Source of the DNA: Desulfobacterales bacterium
GTDB lineage: Bacteria > Desulfobacterota > Desulfobacteria > Desulfobacterales > JAABRJ01
NCBI GenBank assembly: GCA_046481705.1
Contig: JAWOJK010000038.1
Coordinates: forward strand, 15,353-79,352
DNA: 64,000 nucleotides
Direction of reading: 5' to 3'
Positions within the stretch are counted from its first letter, which is position 1. Every line of letters begins with the position of its first letter. Below are positions 57,675-64,000 of this stretch, in pieces. The notes beneath the pieces were generated by a model. The model saw only the letters and a list, made by a program, of their open reading frames with translations. It had not been told where the DNA came from and did not search any database. The translations under genes and the position numbers were made by a program.

Positions 57675-58406
57675 ATGAACGCGATCTGGAGGAAGCGCCT
57701 GGCCCTGTCCGGCATCCTGGTGAGCCTGGCGCTTTGGCCGGACCTGTCGCACCCGGCGTTTTACAAATATGTCGATAAAGACGGCCAGACCCGGTATGTG
57801 GACGATGCCGGCAAGATCCCGCCGGAGTATCGCCAAGACCTGACCACCTACAAGGAACGCGATGATCACCTTACGCCGGAAGAACGGGAGGCCCTGCGGC
57901 GCAGGGAGCGCCAGCGACAGATTCCGGCAGGGGCGTCACCGCGGGTCACCGGCACTCCCGCAGAAGCGCCCCCCAACCGCTCGGAGCACTTTACCGGCAC
58001 CCGCAACCCGGATGCGGACACCTTCGAAACCCGGGTGATCATTCGGGGCAACCAGGTGCTGGTGCCGGTCACCCTGGACTACGAGGGCAACCAGGTCGAG
58101 GCGCTGCTGCTGCTGGATACCGGCGCGTCGCTGATCGCGCTGCATGAGGAGGTGGCCCAGGGGTTGAAAATACGGAACACCCAGCAGGCGACGGCGCAGG
58201 TGGTCGGCGGTAAAAGCATCCCCTTCAAACTGGCTACCCTGAGCTTTGTGCAGGTGGGCCCCGTGCGCGTAAACAACCTGCGGGCCGGGATCATCCGCCA
58301 CAGCGGCGGACGCTCGCACTTCAAGGGGCTGCTGGGAATGAATTTCCTGCGCAACGTGGACTACAGCATCGATTTCAAACGGCAGGTCATCACCTGGCGG
58401 CTGTGA
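57675..58406 (+). CDS. retropepsin-like (clan AA, TIGR02281-type) aspartic protease with N-terminal DUF4124-like segment
   Basis: Signal/TM at the N-terminus, FYKYVDKDGQTRYVDD, and catalytic LLLDTGAS. Confidence 0.7.
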   Translation: MNAIWRKRLALSGILVSLALWPDLSHPAFYKYVDKDGQTRYVDDAGKIPPEYRQDLTTYKERDDHLTPEEREALRRRERQRQIPAGASPRVTGTPAEAPPNRSEHFTGTRNPDADTFETRVIIRGNQVLVPVTLDYEGNQVEALLLLDTGASLIALHEEVAQGLKIRNTQQATAQVVGGKSIPFKLATLSFVQVGPVRVNNLRAGIIRHSGGRSHFKGLLGMNFLRNVDYSIDFKRQVITWRL

Positions 58407-58526
58407 GGGCCCCGGCAAAAAAAAGGCCACGGCTTGCGTGTCTTTTTGCCGGCCTACAGCGTCATATCCTCCCCCGCCCGGCGCGTCATGGTCGGCGTGC
58501 CAAAACCCCCTGGGCGGAGTTCGTCT

Positions 58527-59366
58527 TCACAGGTCCAGCAGGCGGGCTGCGTTTTCACCACAGATGCTGTCGCGCGCGGCCCGGGAGAGCCCGGCAGCCG
58601 CCATTTCCGTGAAATAACGGGCGGGGCTGAGGAGCGGATAATCGCTGCCGAAAAGAATTTTTTCGCTGCCGATAATTTCACAGGCCACCCGATAGACATC
58701 CGGGTCGTAGAGATACGGTGAGGCGGCCGTGTCGAAGTAGACGTTTTGCAGCGACGCCTTGACCTCTTTTTTGAGCAGCTGATAAAAAAAGAGCCCGCCC
58801 CCCCAGTGGGCCAGCACGATTTTGTTTGCGGGAAAACGCCTGACCAAATCGTAAATCTGCCGCAGGGTGTTGGGGGTTTTGCCGGGATAGAGATGACCGA
58901 CGGGTTCGTTGGTATGAATCAGGGCGATCATCCCTTTCGCCAAACACAGCGCCATCAGGGGCGCCAACTTGTCCAGGGCGGCGGCGTCGATGCCGGACTG
59001 GTAGAAGGCCAGTTCCCCGATGCCGGACAACCCGCCGTCCAGACAGCGATGGGTCTCCGCTTCGGCCTGCGGGCTGAAGGGATCCAGACAGCAGAGACCG
59101 ACCAGCCGCTGGGGATAGCGCCCCACCGCATCCAGCACATAGTCATTGTTGAGCCGCGCAGTTTGGGCATCCCGCCATGGAAAACCGAAAACAATCGACC
59201 GGTCGACCCCCTGGGCATCCATGGCCGCAACCAGTTCCTGGGCCCCGACCAGTCGGGCTTTGGGGGAGGCGTAAAGCAGTTCGAAGGCCGGTTCGCCCCG
59301 AAAAAATTTTTCCCGGTCTTGGCGAACCGCGGCCGGGAAGATGTGCGTGTGGCAATCGATGATCAT
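58527..59366 (-). CDS. amidohydrolase-family (TIM-barrel metal-dependent hydrolase) protein
   Basis: MIIDCHTHIFP N-terminus, with later HW.GG and GSDYP motifs. Confidence 0.75.
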   Translation of the reverse strand: MIIDCHTHIFPAAVRQDREKFFRGEPAFELLYASPKARLVGAQELVAAMDAQGVDRSIVFGFPWRDAQTARLNNDYVLDAVGRYPQRLVGLCCLDPFSPQAEAETHRCLDGGLSGIGELAFYQSGIDAAALDKLAPLMALCLAKGMIALIHTNEPVGHLYPGKTPNTLRQIYDLVRRFPANKIVLAHWGGGLFFYQLLKKEVKASLQNVYFDTAASPYLYDPDVYRVACEIIGSEKILFGSDYPLLSPARYFTEMAAAGLSRAARDSICGENAARLLDL

Positions 59367-59456
59367 CGTGGCGGCCTCCTCTTGCAGGGCGTAAATAAAA
59401 TCCGGCGGGCGGACACGGCAGTTGCCCGGTCCACTCCCAAGTATCAGAGGTGATCG

Positions 59457-59768
59457 ATGTTTTTTTTGGTCGGCGGCATTTCACCCAAAACCGTCGTCTT
59501 GGACGCGTCTCCCCGCCGCTGTCCGGCCTGCGGTCTGTTCCAGGCCCGAGTGCAGCGGGTGGACCACTATCTCAACCTGTTTTTCATTCCGCTGTGGCGG
59601 GTAAAAAAAGGGATGCCGCTGCTGGTCTGCAACCGCTGCGGGACCCTGTCGCCCCCCGATGCAGCGGCCCAATCCGCCGCCGCTCCCGCCGTGCAGGAAT
59701 GCGCGAACTGCGGCCAGCCGCTGGCGGCGAACTTCCGCTATTGCCCCCACTGCGGCGCACGGCGCTGA
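59457..59768 (+). CDS. zinc-ribbon domain protein
   Basis: Cys pairs CPACG...CNRCG and CANCG...CPHCG. 103 aa. Confidence 0.55.
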   Translation: MFFLVGGISPKTVVLDASPRRCPACGLFQARVQRVDHYLNLFFIPLWRVKKGMPLLVCNRCGTLSPPDAAAQSAAAPAVQECANCGQPLAANFRYCPHCGARR

Positions 59769-59771
59769 AAA

Positions 59772-60989
59772 TCAAACCTGCCGAACGTGGTATTCGCTGA
59801 TCCGGTTGCCGTCCTTTTTCTGGACCGTTACGATGAAGGCCCCGATGGGGATTTCTTCCTTTTCCTGGGGGATCTTGCCGATCTGATTGAGCACAAAGCC
59901 CGAGAAGGTATCATACTCCTTGGACTCCGGGATCTCCATGGGGATTTTTTCATTGACCTCCTCGACATCGGTTTTCCCCAGGACGATCCATTCCTCGTTT
60001 TTCAACCGGACGATGCGGGGCTCGACCTTGTCGGTTTCGTCGCTGATCTCCCCGACGATTTCCTCCAGGACATCTTCAAGGGTGATCAGACCGGCCACCC
60101 CGCCGTGCTCATCGACGACAATCGCTTGATGGCTTTTGCGGCGTTTGAACTGGCGCAGCAGGGAATCGAGTTTTTTGTTTTCCGGCACAAAATAGGGGGG
60201 CTGCATCAGCTTCCGAACATCCAGGGTCCCGCTGCAGGTCGTCTGCTGCATGAAGAGGTCCTTGATGTTGAGAATCCCCACCACGTGGTCGATATCCCCC
60301 TGAATGACGGGAATTCGGGAAAAGCCCGATTTGATGATTTCCTCCACCCGCAATTCCTCTTCGACATCGATGACGTACATATCCGCCCGTGGGGTCATGA
60401 TTTCGTAGGCGTTGGTGTCGTCAAATTCAAAAATGTTGTGGATCAGCTCTTTTTCTTCCTCCTTGATCTCACCCTCCTCCTCGACCACCTCCACGAAGGT
60501 CATGAGCTCCTCCTCGGTGCCAGTGGGGGTCTTTTTGATTTTACCGGTCAATTTCGGTATAAAATCGAGGAACTTGATCAGAGGGAAAAAAAGGATGGAC
60601 AGCCAGAAAATGGGGAAGATGACGATTTTGGAAATCAGGATGTTGTTGCGGGTGGCGATGGACTTGGGGAGTATCTCGCCGAACACCAGGATGAGAAACG
60701 TCATGACGCCGGTGACGATCCCCACGGCCTTGTCCGGAAACAGGTTCAAGGCAAACGCGGTGGCCAGCGAAGAACCGCCGATGTTTACCAGATTGTTTCC
60801 GATCAGGATGGTGGCCAGCAGCCGGTGGGGGTCTTCCTTCATGCGCATGATCAAGACGTTGGTTTGGCCCTCCATTTTACCGATGTGACGGGCTTTGACC
60901 TTGCTGATCGAAAAAAGAGCGGTTTCCGCTGAAGAAAAAAAACCCGATAAAAACAGCAACACAACCAGAATAAGAATCTGATCGATCAT
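59772..60989 (-). CDS. CNNM/CorC-type transporter (DUF21-CBS-CorC_HlyC; hemolysin-family annotation)
   Basis: N-terminal 4-TM DUF21 (FFSSAETALFS), CBS pair, and C-terminal CorC domain. Confidence 0.8.
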   Translation of the reverse strand: MIDQILILVVLLFLSGFFSSAETALFSISKVKARHIGKMEGQTNVLIMRMKEDPHRLLATILIGNNLVNIGGSSLATAFALNLFPDKAVGIVTGVMTFLILVFGEILPKSIATRNNILISKIVIFPIFWLSILFFPLIKFLDFIPKLTGKIKKTPTGTEEELMTFVEVVEEEGEIKEEEKELIHNIFEFDDTNAYEIMTPRADMYVIDVEEELRVEEIIKSGFSRIPVIQGDIDHVVGILNIKDLFMQQTTCSGTLDVRKLMQPPYFVPENKKLDSLLRQFKRRKSHQAIVVDEHGGVAGLITLEDVLEEIVGEISDETDKVEPRIVRLKNEEWIVLGKTDVEEVNEKIPMEIPESKEYDTFSGFVLNQIGKIPQEKEEIPIGAFIVTVQKKDGNRISEYHVRQV

Positions 60990-61196
60990 AATTGTTGTTT
61001 CCTGCCTTGGTGTCAATTAACCTAAAAGTATAGAGAAATTATGAGACTATGTCAAACAAGAAACGCCCCGAATTGCGGCCAGCGCCAGAGGGCCGCTCGT
61101 CATGGTGTTCTTTTTGGCGCGACAGGCACCGGTCACCGCTGGGTCCGGCGCAACCCAAGAATCAGTGGCAATTCAGCGACATGAAAGCCCCTTTGC

Positions 61197-61700
61197 ATGA
61201 AGGTTGACCGCCACGTTGTGCTCTTCAACCCCGAGGTCCACTGGAACACCGGCAATATCGGTCGCACCTGCCTCGGCGTCGGTGCCACACTGCACTTGAT
61301 CGAACCGTTGGGTTTTTCCCTGACAAGCAAGGCGGTCAGGAGGGCCGGGCTGGATTACTGGCAGCGGGTCGACCTCAAGGTCTGGGAAAACTGGGAGGCC
61401 TTTGGCGCCAGCCATAAACCGCTCCCCGTGGAAATGGCCCTGCTGAGCAAAAACGGATCCCGACCCTTCTGGGAAATGGCCCCAGCCAGACGTCAATTTC
61501 TGATTTTCGGTTCGGAAAGCACCGGCCTCCCGGCATCCATCCGCAGCCGCTACCCGCAAAGCACCTACCACATTCCGATTTCGCGCCAGATCCGCTGCCT
61601 GAACCTGTCCACGGCCGTCGGCATCGTTTTGTACGAAAGCCTGCGGGCAAGCGGCGTTGTACATGAATGGCGGCCGATCGATGACGGGGCCGACGGCTGA
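61197..61700 (+). CDS. trmL: SpoU/TrmL-type tRNA 2'-O-methyltransferase
   Basis: Motifs NTGNIGRTC, RRAGLDYW, FGSESTGLP and LNLSTAVGIVLYE. Confidence 0.8.
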   Translation: MKVDRHVVLFNPEVHWNTGNIGRTCLGVGATLHLIEPLGFSLTSKAVRRAGLDYWQRVDLKVWENWEAFGASHKPLPVEMALLSKNGSRPFWEMAPARRQFLIFGSESTGLPASIRSRYPQSTYHIPISRQIRCLNLSTAVGIVLYESLRASGVVHEWRPIDDGADG

Positions 61701-61796
61701 CGGCCTGATAGGCATGCCCGGCGACACCCGGCCGGGGCAGTAAGCGGGGGTGCAGAGGGTGACGTTTTTCTGACTACGGGTTTTTCTTTTGCGAAA

Positions 61797-61960
61797 ATTG
61801 ATGGACCGGTAAAAAGTCAAAATTTGAGATGGCGGTGAAAAAAGGCCAAGTTCAAGGCGCGCAAATCTCGAGGAGTGAGGCGTACTTAAGGTACGCCGCA
61901 GCGACTTCGAGATGCAGCGCAACGCAGAAATTGGACTTTTTACGCCGCCATCAAAATTGG
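61797..61960. repeat. rod-like palindromic repeat, copy 1 (palindrome core 61828-61952)
   Basis: Outer stem GATGGCGGTGAAAAAAGGCCAA / TTGGACTTTTTACGCCGCCATC. The inner ~80 nt is nearly identical to copy 2. Confidence 0.75.
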
Positions 61961-62201
61961 CTGTTTGCAGAACGTCTGGTGGGAGGATTTGAGCGCAGAG
62001 ACGAGCAGGCTGATGTTTGACGGGATAGTGGCTTACAAAGGCTCGCCGTTCCGGCGGCCCCACCCGCAGCACGGTCGCCGGGAACCGACAGCGCCACTGA
62101 AAGCAGTTGTCGGGGGGAAGCACCAGCACCCGGTTGTGGAGTGTGTAAAATCAGTCTTGCCCGGGACGGTAACCGCCGGCTTGGTCTTCACCCAATCAAA
62201 T

Positions 62202-62360
62202 ATTGATGAACCGGTTAAAAGTCAAAATCCAGACAGTTTCGTAAAATGGCCAAGTTCAAGGCGCGCAAATCTCGAGGAGTGAGGCGTACTTATGTACGCC
62301 GCAGCGACTTCAAGATGCGGCGCAACGCAGAAATTGGCCATTTTACGGAACTGTCGAATA
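62202..62360. repeat. rod-like palindromic repeat, copy 2 (palindrome core 62232-62355)
   Basis: Outer stem GACAGTTTCGTAAAATGGCCAA / TTGGCCATTTTACGGAACTGTC (22 bp, one G-U). Ends 27 nt after the atpF stop. Confidence 0.75.
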
Positions 62361-62386
62361 TTAGCGGCCGGCGGGGACAGCGGCGT

Positions 62387-62974
62387 TTACTTGACCGTCA
62401 GGCTGGACATAAAGTCTTGGACCATCCGCTTTTTATCTGCATCGCTGATGGTCTTCGGCAGTTTTTCCAGAGCCAGGTCGATCGCGGCATCCACCAGTTC
62501 GCTGCGGAACTTCTGCCGGGCCCTGAGAATGTGGCCTTCGATCCTGCGCTGGGATTCTTGCATCAAGTTGCGGCCCTGCTGACGGGCCTCCTCGATGATG
62601 CGCTCTTTGCTGTTGACCCCCTGGCTGATGATGCGCTCCTTCACCAGGTCCAGCTGGGCGCCGCTTTCCTCCAGTTGACGGGTGGCCTCTTTGGCCTGCT
62701 CTGCGGCTTCCAGCCGCTGCTCCTCGATCCGTTTGATTTCGAGGGAGAGTTCATACTTGCGGCCATGCAAAAAGTCCTTTAAGGGCTGGCGGGAAAATTT
62801 GACGATGACAAAGGCCAGCAAGCCGAAATTGAACCAGAGCATTACCAGATCGTAAGTCTTGCGCCACCCACCGTTTCCCTCGGCTGCCAGCGCGGCACCC
62901 GCCGGCACAAGCAGGCAGAGGCAGACCAGAACCGCAAGCCGGGCCCATCGGTATCGTGCATAACGGCGCGTCAT
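62387..62974 (-). CDS. atpF: F-type ATP synthase subunit b
   Basis: Single N-terminal TM segment followed by a long charged coiled coil. Overlaps the atpF' stop by 4 nt. Confidence 0.75.
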   Translation of the reverse strand: MTRRYARYRWARLAVLVCLCLLVPAGAALAAEGNGGWRKTYDLVMLWFNFGLLAFVIVKFSRQPLKDFLHGRKYELSLEIKRIEEQRLEAAEQAKEATRQLEESGAQLDLVKERIISQGVNSKERIIEEARQQGRNLMQESQRRIEGHILRARQKFRSELVDAAIDLALEKLPKTISDADKKRMVQDFMSSLTVK

Positions 62975-63432
62975 TGGGTTAACCTCCGGTCCAGCAGTTT
63001 CTCCATGATGCTCAGCGCAAGGCCTTCAGATTCCTGCTCAAGCCTCTCGCGGGCAACCGTCAACTGGTCGCTCACCGTCTGTCGCGTCCTGCTCCTGAGG
63101 CTTTCCATTTCCTGGCGAACGTCCCTCAGAATTTCCGAAGCGCTTCGAAGCCCCTCGTTTTCCATTTCTTTGGTCGCCTGGAGGGCTTGGTTGCGAACCA
63201 GCTTTTCACGATCGGCCAGTTGCTTCAGCAGGCGGGTCATCTCCTTTTGCGCCTCCAGGATATCCAGCTTCATCCGGTCGAGGTAATCCGCGCGCTCCGC
63301 CATGGTTCGCCGCAGGGGCTGAATCAGGATCCCGTTGATCAGAAAAAGGAAAATCAGGAAGGAGATCAGCTGCACCACCAGCGTTGCGTTGATGCTGATA
63401 AGGGCGATGTTGCTGACAATCTGGAAATCCAT
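62971..63432 (-). CDS. F-type ATP synthase subunit b'
   Basis: Same architecture as subunit b (TM then coiled coil), 153 aa, lying between atpE and atpF. Confidence 0.7.
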   Translation of the reverse strand: MDFQIVSNIALISINATLVVQLISFLIFLFLINGILIQPLRRTMAERADYLDRMKLDILEAQKEMTRLLKQLADREKLVRNQALQATKEMENEGLRSASEILRDVRQEMESLRSRTRQTVSDQLTVARERLEQESEGLALSIMEKLLDRRLTQ

Positions 63433-63542
63433 ATCCCATCCACCCGATGTAGGGGAAACCCGTTATTGGGAAAAAGCTGCGCCCGGCACCGCCAGGCCGC
63501 CCGGCGGGCTGGCAGGCGATTTGCCGTTTGCGGGGGCCGCCA

Positions 63543-63791
63543 TCAGACCACAAAGAGCAGCAGCAGGGCGATCACCAGGGAATAAATGCCGGTCGATTCG
63601 GCCACGGCCTGGCCGACCAGCATGGTTCGGGTCAGCAGACCCGCCTCCCGGGGGTTCTTGCCGATGGCCTCGCACGCTTTGGCCGCCGTCATCCCCTCGC
63701 CGACACCGGGTCCGATGGCGCCCAGCCCCATTGAAATCCCCGCTCCCAAAAAAGCCGCTGCTTTGACAAGGTCCGCACCTTCGATTGCCAT
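63543..63791 (-). CDS. atpE: F-type ATP synthase subunit c
   Basis: GLGAIGPGVGEG loop and a second helix ending ..VAESTGIYSLVIALLLLFVV, which carries the carboxylate (E). 82 aa. Confidence 0.85.
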   Translation of the reverse strand: MAIEGADLVKAAAFLGAGISMGLGAIGPGVGEGMTAAKACEAIGKNPREAGLLTRTMLVGQAVAESTGIYSLVIALLLLFVV

Positions 63792-63891
63792 GGTCTTCCT
63801 CCTCGTTTATCCGTCGGTCACGACGATTTTGAATGCGACTGCAACTGTTCCCAAGCACGCGACCGCGAAACGGCCGGCGTTCGATGGACCA

Positions 63892-64000
63892 CTAAACCAC
63901 AAATATCAGCACCAGGCTCACCACCAAGGCATAAATCGCGGTGGACTGCGAAACGGCCTGGCCCACCAGCATGATCCGCATCAGGTCCGGGGCACTGGGC
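63892..64000 (-). CDS. atpE: second F-type ATP synthase subunit c copy, C-terminal part only (runs off window end)
   Basis: Hand translation gives ...LMRIMLVGQAVSQSTAIYALVVSLVLIFVV* ending at the stop (complement of 63892-63894). Confidence 0.7.
   Translation of the reverse strand, partial: PSAPDLMRIMLVGQAVSQSTAIYALVVSLVLIFVV

Noticed and set aside
61173-62129. 318-aa minus-strand ORF covering trmL and palindromic repeat copy 1, plus the 105-aa plus-strand ORF at 61965-62282 between the repeats
   Set aside because: The first is antisense to a well-supported trmL and reads through a non-coding palindrome. The second has no recognisable motif and runs into repeat copy 2. I treat both as non-coding, although the ~240 nt between the repeats remains unexplained.

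Overview
This is a 64-kb chromosomal window with high GC, about 60-65% by eye. All calls come from reading the sequence and ORF translations by hand, with no searches run, so family names rest on recognised motifs and coordinates of non-coding elements are approximate. It most likely comes from a sulfate-reducing Desulfobacterota (deltaproteobacterial) genome. Most of the content is core metabolism and translation.

**Gene content, left to right**
- NorQ-like AAA ATPase, tRNA-Val, pgsA, a polyprenyl synthase, rimO and etfBA.
- apbE, then a complete periplasmic two-subunit [NiFe] hydrogenase operon: Tat small subunit, large subunit, maturation protease, hypC-F-D-E. hypA, hypB and a cytochrome b subunit are absent from the window.
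- Two tRNA-Ser genes.
- The dissimilatory sulfate activation and reduction set: sat, with aprBA-qmoABC on the opposite strand.
- A small accessory-looking patch at 27-33 kb. It holds a truncated ISAzo13-like transposase, three YkgJ-type Cys-cluster paralogs, an atypical SDR, a dGTPase-like HD protein, an HsdR_N-domain protein and a deaminase.
- infC-rpmI-rplT-pheST-merR.
- tRNA-Gly followed by rimP-nusA-infB-DUF503-rbfA-nrnA-truB-rpsO-pnp.
- M16 peptidase, dut, an MBL hydrolase, parA-like and pgm.
- A rhomboid / YkgJ / retropepsin trio, then an amidohydrolase, a CNNM/CorC transporter and trmL.
- The membrane part of an F-type ATPase: atpE x2, atpF' and atpF.

**No CRISPR array, rRNA, intact mobile element or recognisable defence or toxin system is visible.**

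**Most unusual signals** (all non-coding or poorly characterised)
1. A ~170-nt structured repeat, present once between aprA and qmoA and once between infB and the DUF503 gene. Base changes in its stems are compensatory.
2. A second family of ~125-nt rod-like palindromes, one placed just 3' of each of the convergent genes trmL and atpF. Their outer stems covary.
3. The concentration of four YkgJ-family proteins. Three are clustered with an SDR that appears to lack the catalytic Lys, and with a dGTPase-like gene.
4. An exact 12-mer shared by the sat and aprB upstream regions.
5. A perfect 11-bp inverted repeat straddling the likely hydrogenase promoter.

I cannot demonstrate a new multi-gene system here. 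The items above are the best candidates for follow-up.
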